From contig JADBYT010000024.1 in NCBI GenBank assembly GCA_020402865.1, positions 71,949 to 135,948 on the forward strand: DNA of 64,000 nucleotides, in the 5' to 3' direction. Source of the DNA: Bacteroidota bacterium. Its GTDB lineage: Bacteria > Bacteroidota > Bacteroidia > Palsa-965. Under the pieces are notes generated by a model. That model searched no databases. It was not told the DNA's origin and was given only the letters and a program-made list of their open reading frames with translations. The position numbers were made by a program, and so were the translations under genes. Of this stretch, positions 19,432-29,078 are shown piece after piece; the stretch's first letter is position 1; each line of letters starts with the position of its first letter.

Positions 19432-20976
19432 ATGTCCAACACACTAACCGATCAGCTTTTTGCACTTATTCAGTCGATGACCAAGTCGGAGAAGCGGCAT
19501 TTTAAGTTGTTTGTACAACGTTCGGGAAGCCGGACTGATCTGTTATTTGTGAAGGTGTTTGATGCACTTGAGCAACAAAAGACATACGATGAAGAACGCC
19601 TGCTCAAAAAGGTCAGAGGATTACGCAGGGCGCAACTATCCAACGTAAAAAAGCATCTGTATAACCAGCTTTTATCCAGTTTGCGCTTGCTAGCACAGGA
19701 TGATGCGGAGATGAAAATACGTGCCCAGCTTGATTATGCGCGGATATTATACCACAAAGGCCTGTTTTTGCAAAGCCTTCGCATGCTTGAAAAAAGCCGC
19801 GAAGAAGCAGAGAAAATGAATCAGCCCATGCTGTTGGCGCAAATACTTGAAGCTGAAAAGAATATTGAGTTGCGGCATATTACACGAAGTCCTTCAGGCA
19901 GAGCCATGCAGCTTTCGCTGAAAGGGGCTGAACTCCGGCAGCATATTGCCCGCGCAGCAGCCCTCTCTGAGCTGGCGTTGAGCATTTATAATTTTTTCAT
20001 CATTAACGGTCCGGCTAAAGATGCAGAGGATTACGAGGAGGTAACACGTTTGTTTCATACAGGAATGCCTTCGCTTCCTTTTGGCAGTCTCACCTTCAAC
20101 GAACGTGTTTCATACTGTCAGGCCTGTGTGTGGTACAATCTGGTGATACAGAATTTTGTGCAGTGCTACCGTTATGCACATAGCTGGGTTATGTTGTTTG
20201 ATGTGTATCCTGAACAACGACAGCTCGATGCAGCTCTTTACCTCAAAGGACTTCACAACGAACTCACGGCATTATTTTATTGTGGCGATGTGGTTCGGTT
20301 CTCGGCATCACTTTCGCTGCTTGAAAAATTTATTGAAACTGAATCATCACGTTTCAGTTTAAATACACAGTTAACGGCATTTGTGTATCACCATACCAAT
20401 AAGCTCAACCTCTTTTTTATGGAAGGGCGTTTTACAGATGGTGTGGATTATGTGCCGCACTTACTTAAACAGATCAGACATTTCGGCGATCGGATTGATC
20501 AGCACCGGCTTATGATTTTCTGGTACAAGATTGCCTGTATCTATTTTGGTCATGGTGATCATCACTCCTGCATGCGTTATTTACAGAAAATTATCAATTA
20601 TCCTACTCCTCAGTTGCGTGAAGATGTGCAGGTGTTTTCCCGTTTGCTTTATCTGGTAGCCTGTTTTGAATCGGGTGATGATGACTTGCTTGAATATCAG
20701 ATTCGCTCCACTTATCGTTTCCTTTTGAAAATGCGCGATCTGGGTGAGTTACATAAAGAGGTGCTTCGCTTTCTCAGACAATCGGGTAATTTAAACCGCA
20801 GCGAAACACTACAGGCTTTCCGCGATTTGAAACAACGGCTTGAACACGCTGCTGAAGCACCTTTTCAACGACGCATGGCCATGTATCTCGATGTAATTTC
20901 GTGGCTGGAAAGTAAAATTGAACAGGTACCTGTTCAGGAAATTATTCGCAGAAAGGCATTGAAAAAGATCAGTTGA
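19432..20976 (+). CDS. Hypothetical all-helical protein (TPR-like), conserved-looking; function unknown
   Basis: 514-aa ORF with clean ATG and no TM segments. Helical repeat character. N-terminus 'MSNTLTDQLFALIQSMTKSEKRHFKLF'. Confidence 0.55.
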   Translation: MSNTLTDQLFALIQSMTKSEKRHFKLFVQRSGSRTDLLFVKVFDALEQQKTYDEERLLKKVRGLRRAQLSNVKKHLYNQLLSSLRLLAQDDAEMKIRAQLDYARILYHKGLFLQSLRMLEKSREEAEKMNQPMLLAQILEAEKNIELRHITRSPSGRAMQLSLKGAELRQHIARAAALSELALSIYNFFIINGPAKDAEDYEEVTRLFHTGMPSLPFGSLTFNERVSYCQACVWYNLVIQNFVQCYRYAHSWVMLFDVYPEQRQLDAALYLKGLHNELTALFYCGDVVRFSASLSLLEKFIETESSRFSLNTQLTAFVYHHTNKLNLFFMEGRFTDGVDYVPHLLKQIRHFGDRIDQHRLMIFWYKIACIYFGHGDHHSCMRYLQKIINYPTPQLREDVQVFSRLLYLVACFESGDDDLLEYQIRSTYRFLLKMRDLGELHKEVLRFLRQSGNLNRSETLQAFRDLKQRLEHAAEAPFQRRMAMYLDVISWLESKIEQVPVQEIIRRKALKKIS

Positions 20977-20988
20977 ACCTTTTCGTAA

Positions 20989-22296
20989 CTATTTTTTGAA
21001 CTGAAGAAATACGTCCCAGTATTTCTCTTTATTCATTTCCGACCAGTGAATGATTTCGTAACGATACTGTAACGTTTGAAGCTGGCATAAAACAACAATG
21101 AGTATCGTAATTGCAGTAACTGTAATGCGCTGCAGTTTATTTTTGAGCGCATTGAAAAGGGTAAACAAAAGCAAGGCAAATACCGGAAGGTATTCAATCA
21201 TTACACGCGGACCGAAACTGCCTCCGTAGTACCACATCCACCAGCTTGATAACAGATAGACTGTAAGCACCAGAAACAAAGCAGCAACTACTGCACGGAT
21301 TTTATGCTGGCGGAATAATGGAATAAACCCGGTCAGCGCAAGCAGTGTAAGCGGGATATATACAAATAATCCTTTTCTGTAACTGAACAAAAAATCGAAA
21401 AAGTGAAACGTGTTAAACCGGAATTCTTCACCGCCATAGGCATCTATAAAAAAACGGCCTGTTTGTACTTTCCATATAGCCATTTGGATGAAAAGAATGC
21501 CTGCAAAAAGTATCGCGGAAATCACTGGAAAAACAGGTTTGCTGAACAGTTCACGAATGCGGTTGATTAATATTTTAATACTTCCTGCTTCAGCAAAAAG
21601 CCAGAGTACAATCAGGCCGTTAACCGGGCGGACGAGAATAATTAACCCAAGTAAACCGGCTAAATACACAAATTGAAGAGGTTTTCCTTCATTGATCCAT
21701 TTATTACCCTGTAAGAGAAAACAGCTGATTAGTGCAAATGAATACACGTGAGACATTAACGGTTCAGCTACTGCATAATAAAATAAATTGGTGCCGAAGA
21801 GAATGATAAGACAAACTAATGTGGCCGTTAACGGAGCTGTATGATGTTTGAGCAAATAGTTTCGTAAACAAAATAGTCCGAATCCAAGCCAGCAAAGTGC
21901 GCCAATATGCATAAATAGCACATAGGTTTTCGAATAGCCGCTGAAATCGTTAGAAAACGAGCCATAAAGTTTTGCGGTCAGAAAAAAAGGCGTTTGCAGC
22001 AAAGCGGTGCCGCAGAAATACTTATTTACGATGCGTCCGTTTACGGTTACGCGGTAATCGGCGCGGTTGTTTGTATCGGTATATTCTTTATCAATCTTAT
22101 CGTAAAAGCCAAAATTAAGATCGTGGTAAAGGAAAGTAGCCGGCAGGTAGGCGTAGTATCCGCGGCCATCGGATATGATACTGTATTTCCAGAAATGTTT
22201 GTTTAGGCGGATGTTTGAAACCACAGCGAGGCAAATCAACAGGCCAAGAAGAATGCCTGTGCGATTGAGTATTCTTGCCGGGAGATTAATTTTCAT
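20989..22296 (-). CDS. Polytopic membrane protein, putative GT-C-fold glycosyl/mannosyltransferase-like
   Basis: About 11 predicted TM helices. First extracytoplasmic loop carries 'SDGRGYYAYLPATFLYHDLNF'. AT-richer than neighbouring genes. Confidence 0.4.
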   Translation of the reverse strand: MKINLPARILNRTGILLGLLICLAVVSNIRLNKHFWKYSIISDGRGYYAYLPATFLYHDLNFGFYDKIDKEYTDTNNRADYRVTVNGRIVNKYFCGTALLQTPFFLTAKLYGSFSNDFSGYSKTYVLFMHIGALCWLGFGLFCLRNYLLKHHTAPLTATLVCLIILFGTNLFYYAVAEPLMSHVYSFALISCFLLQGNKWINEGKPLQFVYLAGLLGLIILVRPVNGLIVLWLFAEAGSIKILINRIRELFSKPVFPVISAILFAGILFIQMAIWKVQTGRFFIDAYGGEEFRFNTFHFFDFLFSYRKGLFVYIPLTLLALTGFIPLFRQHKIRAVVAALFLVLTVYLLSSWWMWYYGGSFGPRVMIEYLPVFALLLFTLFNALKNKLQRITVTAITILIVVLCQLQTLQYRYEIIHWSEMNKEKYWDVFLQFKK

Positions 22297-22422
22297 GATT
22301 AATGCGATTACTGTTTGCCCTTACAAACTGTTGACGTTGAAATACGAATGTATCTTCAAAAAACAAATAAAGGCAATTCCCGGCAAAACCAACAGCGGGT
22401 TTTTCTCATCTTTACTACCGTT

Positions 22423-24168
22423 ATGAAAAACCGTTTTTTGCTTATACTGATACTTTGGGCAAGTGCTGCCGGAATGGCGCAAAACAGCAGTCGCAGGGTT
22501 TATTCGCAAACGCCGCCTTATGCCGAAGTAATCCGCCAGTTTCAGCGCCTCGACAGTGCTTCGGCACATGGTTCGCTTTTTGAAATTGGTAAAGCCGATG
22601 GCGGTGAGCCGCTGTATTTGTATGTGCTGGTGAAAAACGGTTGCAGCAGTTTGTTTACTGCACAGCAGCAGGCCCGGAAAATGCCTGTAATGTTAATTAT
22701 CAATGCCATTCATCCCGGTGAACCTGATGGCGTAGATGCTTCACTCGAACTGCTTGCTAACCTGCAACAGCCGGGCGCGCTGCCTGATAATCTGCTTATT
22801 GCCATTGTGCCTGTATTTAATGTGGATGGAGCACTGAACCGCAGCAGTACGAGCCGCGCCAACCAGAACGGCCCCGAAGAATACGGCTTCCGTGGCAACT
22901 CGCTCAACCTCGATCTCAACCGCGATTTTATTAAAACCGATGCGCAGGTTACGCAACACCTTCAGCGTGTATTTCAGCTCCTGCAGCCCGATGTGTTTAT
23001 TGATACACATGTTTCAAACGGGGCCGATTACCAGCATACCATGACACTAATTGCCACGCAGAAAGACAAGTTGCATCCGCTGCCAGCTGCGCTTATGACT
23101 GAAACCTTGCTGCCCGGTCTTTACGCCGGCATGAAAAGCAAAGGCTGGCCCATGTGCCCCTATGTGGATACACGCGGCGAAACACCTGAAAGCGGCATTA
23201 TCGGTTTTCTCGAAACTCCGCGCTACTCAACAGGCTATGCGGCTTTGTTCAACTGCATCGGGTTTGTAACCGAAACACACATGTGGAAACCTTACAACGA
23301 CCGCGTGTGGGCTACTTACGATTTGCTTATCTGTTTCACCGAAATGATGAAGCAGCACGGCTCCACAATTAAAGCCACACACGCCAAGGCAAACGAACAG
23401 GTGGCCGCACAAACCAGTTTTGCACTGGGCTGGGAATTAGATACCACTGCCTTCACGGCAATCCCGTTTCTCGGTTATGAAGCCCGCTACAAAACGAGCA
23501 CCATAACCGGCCAGCAGCGTTTGTATTACGACCGCTCCGCACCTTACACGCGCGAAATTCCCTACTACAATTCCTATCGTCCCAAAATGCTTGTGCAAAA
23601 ACCGTATGCCTATGTGGTGCCGCAGCAATATGCCGCGGTGGTGATGCGCCTGCAGCTCAATGGTGTGGTTATGAAGCCTCTGCTTCGCGATACGGTGATT
23701 ACGGCTGAGTCTTATTACATCAGTACATATCAGACCGTAAAAGCGCCTTACGAATCGCATTACATGCACTTTGGCACGCAGGTGCGGCGCGTTACACAAA
23801 GCATAGCCGTGCACGCCGGCGACTGGCTGGTGGTGTGCAACCAGGCCTGTAACCGCTACATTGTGGAAACACTTGAACCTGAAGGCGGCGACAGCTTTTT
23901 TGCGTGGAATTTTTTCGATGGTATTTTGCAGCAGAAAGAATGGTTCAGCGATTACATTTTCGAAGAAAAAGCAGTTGAGCTTCTCGCTGCCGATCCCCAA
24001 CTGAAAGCCGAGTTTGAAGCCGAACGCGCCAGAGATCCGAAATTTGCTGCCGATCATTGGGCACAACTGAACTTTATCTACCAGCGGTCTGTTTATAAAG
24101 AGAAAACTCACAATCGCTACCCGGTGTTACGCCTCCTGCAACCAGCGCCGATGCCCGTGAAAAACTGA
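22423..24168 (+). CDS. Zinc carboxypeptidase, peptidase M14 family, secreted
   Basis: Signal peptide 'MKNRFLLILILWASAAGMAQ'. Zn-binding HxxE 'INAIHPGEPDG'. Start taken at ATG 22423; the track ORF extends to 22315. Confidence 0.8.
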   Translation: MKNRFLLILILWASAAGMAQNSSRRVYSQTPPYAEVIRQFQRLDSASAHGSLFEIGKADGGEPLYLYVLVKNGCSSLFTAQQQARKMPVMLIINAIHPGEPDGVDASLELLANLQQPGALPDNLLIAIVPVFNVDGALNRSSTSRANQNGPEEYGFRGNSLNLDLNRDFIKTDAQVTQHLQRVFQLLQPDVFIDTHVSNGADYQHTMTLIATQKDKLHPLPAALMTETLLPGLYAGMKSKGWPMCPYVDTRGETPESGIIGFLETPRYSTGYAALFNCIGFVTETHMWKPYNDRVWATYDLLICFTEMMKQHGSTIKATHAKANEQVAAQTSFALGWELDTTAFTAIPFLGYEARYKTSTITGQQRLYYDRSAPYTREIPYYNSYRPKMLVQKPYAYVVPQQYAAVVMRLQLNGVVMKPLLRDTVITAESYYISTYQTVKAPYESHYMHFGTQVRRVTQSIAVHAGDWLVVCNQACNRYIVETLEPEGGDSFFAWNFFDGILQQKEWFSDYIFEEKAVELLAADPQLKAEFEAERARDPKFAADHWAQLNFIYQRSVYKEKTHNRYPVLRLLQPAPMPVKN

Positions 24169-24178
24169 TCGCATTTGT

Positions 24179-24613
24179 ATGAAACGAATCAACCTTCGCG
24201 CTTACGCCATTATTGAATACAACGGAAATGTGCTGGTAACCGACGAGCTGCGAATGAACAAGTACATGACTAAATTCCCGGGCGGCGGGCACGAGTGGGG
24301 GGAAGGGCTGGAAGAAACCGTGCGCCGCGAATGCCGCGAGGAATTGAATCAGGAGCCGCTTAGTGTGACACATTTTTACACCACCGATTTCTTCATGGCC
24401 TCCGCTTTTCGTCCCGATGATCAGCTTATTTCTGTGTATTACTTAGTAACGCTCCCCAACCCCGAAAACATTGTGGTGGCTGATACACAGTTTGCATTCA
24501 CCACACACACCGATGGTGCACAAACATTTCGCTGGATAAAACGCAGTGCACTCACGCCCGACGTATTTACTTATCCGATAGATCAGAAAGTAGCCGTTTT
24601 GCTTAGCCGGTAA
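24179..24613 (+). CDS. NUDIX hydrolase
   Basis: Nudix box 'GGGHEWGEGLEETVRRECREELNQE' (GX5EX7REUXEEXGU). Confidence 0.8.
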   Translation: MKRINLRAYAIIEYNGNVLVTDELRMNKYMTKFPGGGHEWGEGLEETVRRECREELNQEPLSVTHFYTTDFFMASAFRPDDQLISVYYLVTLPNPENIVVADTQFAFTTHTDGAQTFRWIKRSALTPDVFTYPIDQKVAVLLSR

Positions 24614-24681
24614 ACATTATCCTAAACAACAAGGCCGCATACTTTGACAGATGCGGCCTTGATGTGTTTTAACCAGAACAA

Positions 24682-25620
24682 TTACCAGGTTGATCCGCCA
24701 TGTCCGCGCTGACCAGTAGCAAATACACGCGAAATATTGAAACCAAAACGAATACCGCCATCAAACGGATTGGCGCGGGTGTAGGGTACAAACTGGGCTT
24801 CATTTACACCATATGCATTTGTGAAGTGAAGCTGAAACACGTGGCCGCCTGTTTCAAGATCAATGCCAATGCCCATCGGATCGTAGAAGCTGTCGAAATT
24901 GTCGGTGTATTTGTTGAGGCGGCGGGCATACTCAAACGTAAGTGCCAGACGCTTGGTGAGTTTGTAACGACCCGAAATACCTGCAGCAAACATGTCGTTT
25001 TTGTCGGATGCCCGTTCTACCAGATTGTAGTGCACATGAAATGCATTGATCTGGATGGAAAAATTTTCGCTGAACTTGCGTGAAATGGTAAGCGAATTGG
25101 AATACGACATGCGTGAAGTCGCATACTGGTATTTATTAACACCTGTGGCAATTCGGTTCGGATCCTCCTGAACTGTGTAATTCATTGTGCCCTGATACGT
25201 CAGCGATATGGGCATTTTGCCATCCACAGTCTGACGGAGCACACGCACTTTCACAGCCCCGTCAATCAGCTTCTCAAACGAACTGCGGCCAATGCCTACG
25301 GTCATCCAGTCGGTTACACCGTAGTCAAGTCCAAGACGAATACCGGCCGGGCCGTCGAGCCCGAATGCATTTTTCACGCCGGTGTTGAGTTCGCCGAAGC
25401 GGTGATTAATGCGAAAGTCGAGCATTTTTTTGCCGATGGTTTCGCAGGAAGGGAAGTTGATTACACGTGTGGTTTTGAAAGTAGCGCGCACATAGTCTGG
25501 TTCAGCGGCTTTGGCTTCTTCAGCAGCCATCTGGTCCATCATGAGCTGCATTGAATCAACCTGTGCCATTGCGGCAAGGGAAAACAGTAAAGCGAGTGTG
25601 GTAGATAAAAATCGTTTCAT
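24682..25620 (-). CDS. Outer-membrane beta-barrel protein (hypothetical; DUF5777-like)
   Basis: Signal peptide 'MKRFLSTTLALLFSLAAMAQ'. Alternating amphipathic beta-strands. Aromatic C-terminus '...GGSTW'. Last gene of a 4-gene minus-strand operon. Confidence 0.55.
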   Translation of the reverse strand: MKRFLSTTLALLFSLAAMAQVDSMQLMMDQMAAEEAKAAEPDYVRATFKTTRVINFPSCETIGKKMLDFRINHRFGELNTGVKNAFGLDGPAGIRLGLDYGVTDWMTVGIGRSSFEKLIDGAVKVRVLRQTVDGKMPISLTYQGTMNYTVQEDPNRIATGVNKYQYATSRMSYSNSLTISRKFSENFSIQINAFHVHYNLVERASDKNDMFAAGISGRYKLTKRLALTFEYARRLNKYTDNFDSFYDPMGIGIDLETGGHVFQLHFTNAYGVNEAQFVPYTRANPFDGGIRFGFNISRVFATGQRGHGGSTW

Positions 25621-25644
25621 CAGGATACTATCAGTGGTATATAA

Positions 25645-26016
25645 TTACTGGGGACAACCGGCCTGCACCCATTTACGGATGAGTGTTTTCTGACATTCGT
25701 CGAGCGGCGGTCCGGAGGGAGGCATAGCCTGAAAGCCCGCTTGCTGATACACGGCGCCTACAAGTTGCCCCGATAACCCGACAGTCCGTACGCCCTGATA
25801 ATTATCAAGTACATACGGATTTCCGGAACCCGGATTATGACAGGAGATACAACTGTTCGTCATAATCTCACTTATTTTACCACTGTAAGTAGGTGCAATT
25901 GTGGTATCACAATTGTTATTGAGAATAAGCGCCGGATACATTTCCTCCATGTTGTCATAATAGCAACCTGAAAAGGTGGCTGTAATGGCAAAGGCTGCAA
26001 TCAGAATTTTTTTCAT
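25645..26016 (-). CDS. Small lipoprotein with a class-I c-type cytochrome-like / PSCyt1-like domain (CxxCH)
   Basis: Lipobox 'ATFSGC'. Heme motif 'CISCH', then 'AMPP' (candidate Met ligand) and 'LIRKWVQAG'. 123 aa. Confidence 0.55.
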   Translation of the reverse strand: MKKILIAAFAITATFSGCYYDNMEEMYPALILNNNCDTTIAPTYSGKISEIMTNSCISCHNPGSGNPYVLDNYQGVRTVGLSGQLVGAVYQQAGFQAMPPSGPPLDECQKTLIRKWVQAGCPQ

Positions 26017-26022
26017 AGCAGT

Positions 26023-26388
26023 TTAGTTATTTTTTGCACCCTGCTCAATCCAGACAAGAAGCAGTGTGGTTTGACGTTTAGAGAGAGCCGGGTAGGGGGG
26101 GAGCGGCATAAACTCATTATCCCGGCCGGTAACTACTTTGTAAATGTCACTGTCTGCGGCATTGCCCGGTTTTACGTCGCCGTTCTCAATTACATCATTG
26201 TAATCAAGAAGAGTGAACTCAGACGTGTTGGTGGTGCCGTGACAGCCATTATGCTGACAAGAAGCTTGAATGATGGGAAGAATTTCGTTGGCGAAACTTA
26301 CTTCCCTGTCTGGTAATACAGGCTCGTGTTTGCAGCCTGTTGCCAGTGCAATTCCTGACAAGATAATTACGGCGAGAATTGTTTTCAT
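26023..26388 (-). CDS. Small lipoprotein, paralog of 25645..26016, with variant CX4CH cytochrome-like motif
   Basis: Lipobox 'ALATGC' from ATG 26388. 'ILPIIQASCQHNGCHG' aligns with the paralog's 'IMTNSCISCHNPG'. Shared 'L(L/D)DYN', 'MP(L)PP' and 'L...WI.QG' blocks. Confidence 0.5.
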   Translation of the reverse strand: MKTILAVIILSGIALATGCKHEPVLPDREVSFANEILPIIQASCQHNGCHGTTNTSEFTLLDYNDVIENGDVKPGNAADSDIYKVVTGRDNEFMPLPPYPALSKRQTTLLLVWIEQGAKNN

Positions 26389-26605
26389 GTTGCTACGGTT
26401 ATTTACAAATATAAGTTTTTTGGCACAGGATGCCTGAAGTTTGATGCCGGTTTTCTTGTGTTTTCCCGGGAAAGGGGAAGTGCTGCCGGAGTTTCGCTCC
26501 AACAGCACTTCCAAAAACATGCAGAGGCTGTGTAAAATTTATCTTTTGATATTTCCTAACCATTCCTAAAACAGCCTCTAAACGTCTGCTTACCGCCCGT
26601 GTGAA

Positions 26606-27307
26606 TTATTTTTTCGTTTTTTCGAGTCTGTAAAGCTCGGGTAAATTAATACGAATGGTGAATGAGCTTGTCCAAAGCCACATGTTTAAATATTCGTTTT
26701 TTATTACCGGTTGCTGGTCGATATGTGCCGAAAATTCAAAATCAGCCACATTATTTATTGAGATACCCGCACACGCCACAAACTTTGCGGTAAACGGGTT
26801 GTAGCCTTCGGCCGGAATAATTGTTTGCACCGGGAGGTAAATGGGATCTTCTACCTGGATATTATTTCCCACACCGTTTTTTCTTTTCAGCACATAGTTG
26901 AAACCGCCGCCCACGCCTGCAAAAGGATTAATGCGAGGCCGGTTCATTTTTACCCGAAGCTGTATATCGCCATCGAGGCATTGAAAGCGTTCATCAATAT
27001 CGATCAGTACGAGCTGATTGTTTGGAACAGGAACATATATTATACTCCCGCTTCCGCGTTTACGATAACCTGCATTGGCTATAAACTCTATCCATTGCCC
27101 CGAATAGGGTTTGATGAATAAACCAAATCCCGGCGAAAGAAACGACGAAGTCTGAAACCTCGGATCGCGCCGGTCGGCTGACTGGGTAAATACGGTTGAA
27201 TTGGCATTTACCTGAAAATTAAGCCCCCAGTTGTGCAGCGGCGAGTTTTCAGATTGCGCATGAAGAAAATTTGCAAGGAACAGTCCGGCAACAAGAAAAC
27301 GATTCAT
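26606..27307 (-). CDS. Outer-membrane beta-barrel protein, porin/OmpW-like family (hypothetical)
   Basis: Signal peptide 'MNRFLVAGLFLANFLHAQ' (ATG about 27305-27307; the track ORF extends to 27349 via GTG). Beta-strand periodicity. C-terminal 'SSFTIRINL'. Confidence 0.55.
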   Translation of the reverse strand: MNRFLVAGLFLANFLHAQSENSPLHNWGLNFQVNANSTVFTQSADRRDPRFQTSSFLSPGFGLFIKPYSGQWIEFIANAGYRKRGSGSIIYVPVPNNQLVLIDIDERFQCLDGDIQLRVKMNRPRINPFAGVGGGFNYVLKRKNGVGNNIQVEDPIYLPVQTIIPAEGYNPFTAKFVACAGISINNVADFEFSAHIDQQPVIKNEYLNMWLWTSSFTIRINLPELYRLEKTKK

Positions 27308-27454
27308 AGCGTTTGTGATAGATGAAGGGTAAAAAAATCCGGGCCGCACTTACGCAGCAGGAAGATGAATTAATCAGAAGCAGAGTAAATACTGCTGTTC
27401 AAAAGAAGCAGCCGGGAGAATAAAAGCTAGATGAAAACGGCGGGTGAAAGCGTA

Positions 27455-28174
27455 TTATTGTTCAGGAACTTCAATTTTACGCATGCGCGTAAACAGTATG
27501 GCAAGTGTTACTTTCCACATATAATACAACGCGCGCACACTGTCTATGGATGAAGTTCCCCCCTGCCGCTCGCGCATCTGCACGGGTATCTCTCTGATGT
27601 GTAATTCGGCCCGCGCAAACTGAACCAGAATCTCGGGTTCGGGATATTCATCGGGATACCAGTGGCTCACCATTTGAAGCGCCCGGCGGCTAAACAGGCG
27701 GAGCCCGGATGTTGTGTCTGCCACACGCAGTCCGGTGAGCATTTTATTGAGCAGGCTGAACCATTTAATCCCCAGTCTGCGCAGAAACGACGATTGAAAG
27801 CCCTGTCCGGTAATAAAGCGGGAACCAATCACCACATCGGCCTTGCTGCGTTGCATTTCCATGAGCAGCATCGGCACCGCATCGGCCGGATGTTGCCCGT
27901 CGCCGTCAACCTGCACAGCTGCATCATAACCATTTTCGAACGCATAGCGGAAGCCTGTTTGCACTGCGCCACCAATGCCCAGATTAACCGGTAAATGCAG
28001 CGCCACACAATCGAGCCTGTCAATCTGCGCGCCGGTATCATCCTTCGAGCAATCGTTCACTACAATTACCGTAAGTGCAATGCCCGCCTGCTTTGCCGCT
28101 TCATTCAATTCATTTACAACAGCCGCAATACTTTGCGATTCGTTGTAGGCAGGAACAATGGCGGCGGTTTTCAT
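27455..28174 (-). CDS. Glycosyltransferase family 2, polyprenyl-phosphate sugar transferase type (DPM1/ArnC/GtrB-like)
   Basis: 'AAIVPAYNESQSI', 'VIVVNDCSKDDT', 'QVDGDGQHP'. C-terminal hydrophobic helix. Confidence 0.8.
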   Translation of the reverse strand: MKTAAIVPAYNESQSIAAVVNELNEAAKQAGIALTVIVVNDCSKDDTGAQIDRLDCVALHLPVNLGIGGAVQTGFRYAFENGYDAAVQVDGDGQHPADAVPMLLMEMQRSKADVVIGSRFITGQGFQSSFLRRLGIKWFSLLNKMLTGLRVADTTSGLRLFSRRALQMVSHWYPDEYPEPEILVQFARAELHIREIPVQMRERQGGTSSIDSVRALYYMWKVTLAILFTRMRKIEVPEQ

Positions 28175-28206
28175 TTTGCTACAGGTTCAGTTCAAATTTA
28201 TAGGTT

Positions 28207-28761
28207 TTGTGCATTTATCAGTTAAGTTTGTGCATGATGCACCGACTCCCGCGCTTATTTCGCTTTCATACACTGAGTATCATCAGGCTCAACAGGCTGC
28301 TGACCCGTTTTTTGCTCATTCAGGCTGGCCTGGGGCTGCTCTCCTTTCTTGCAGTTTCGGTCATTTTCTTCGACGAAGTCAAATTCCTGTTTTCCGAGCC
28401 CTTTTATTACGTTTTTCTTATCATCCTTCTGTATATGTTCGTGCGCATCTACTGGTTCAGCCGCAGGCATTGGTGGTCGTGGTGTGTGCTTACCTTTTTG
28501 TCTGTGATTGAGTTACTGGTTGTGCTGGATCAGTTGATTTACTGGTTTATACCGTATAATTTTTCTGTAGTTGCAGAGGAAACAGGTTATCTGCTGCCCG
28601 CCATTTTCATCGTAATGAATTTAGCCATGCTGGTGTTTTATCTGGCTACGGTGGCCGGTTTAACCAGTTATCGCATTGCCGGCTATCACGGAATCGGTCG
28701 CATTGCATACCGGTTTTCTATTGGTGCCGGTTTGCTCGCAGTGGTTTTTCTATTGGCCTAG
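28207..28761 (+). CDS. Hypothetical small polytopic membrane protein
   Basis: Four or five hydrophobic helices. Start uncertain (GTG/ATG options). An overlapping alternative-frame ORF 28158..28511 is less membrane-like. Confidence 0.35.
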   Translation: MCIYQLSLCMMHRLPRLFRFHTLSIIRLNRLLTRFLLIQAGLGLLSFLAVSVIFFDEVKFLFSEPFYYVFLIILLYMFVRIYWFSRRHWWSWCVLTFLSVIELLVVLDQLIYWFIPYNFSVVAEETGYLLPAIFIVMNLAMLVFYLATVAGLTSYRIAGYHGIGRIAYRFSIGAGLLAVVFLLA

Positions 28762-29078
28762 TCCACACTTTCGTGCAGTAAATTGTTAGCTGTCAGCCCG
28801 ACACCGGTTGCCGGTATTACCCGTTTAGCAGTATTATTTTAGCCATTGTTTTGCAAATATTAATCCGGTATAATCGGTTTGAGTATGCTTTACTGGCCTT
28901 GCTGGCCTTTAATAGTGGTCATTTACTGCTTATCTGGCAATTCAGACCGTTCGTAGATTTATTGAAAAAATCACCCGAAATGCTGGCGGGGCAACAAAAA
29001 ATTCATTATATCTTTACGTAGCAAAAACATTAAGAACTGTCTTTCTCTCAGCCATAAGCGCCCATATTCATCCGAAAT

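Noticed and set aside
19283-19465. 60-aa minus-strand ORF across the leuA upstream stem-loop, considered as a leucine leader peptide
   Set aside because: It has no run of Leu codons and overlaps the start of the divergent 514-aa gene. It is more likely a structured RNA region than a coding one.
23437-24111. 224-aa minus-strand ORF antisense to the M14 carboxypeptidase
   Set aside because: It overlaps a confidently identified CDS and has no motifs.
28158-28511. 117-aa alternative-frame ORF overlapping the 28207..28761 membrane-protein ORF
   Set aside because: The other frame gives a more coherent multi-helix membrane protein. Both are low confidence, and only one is reported.
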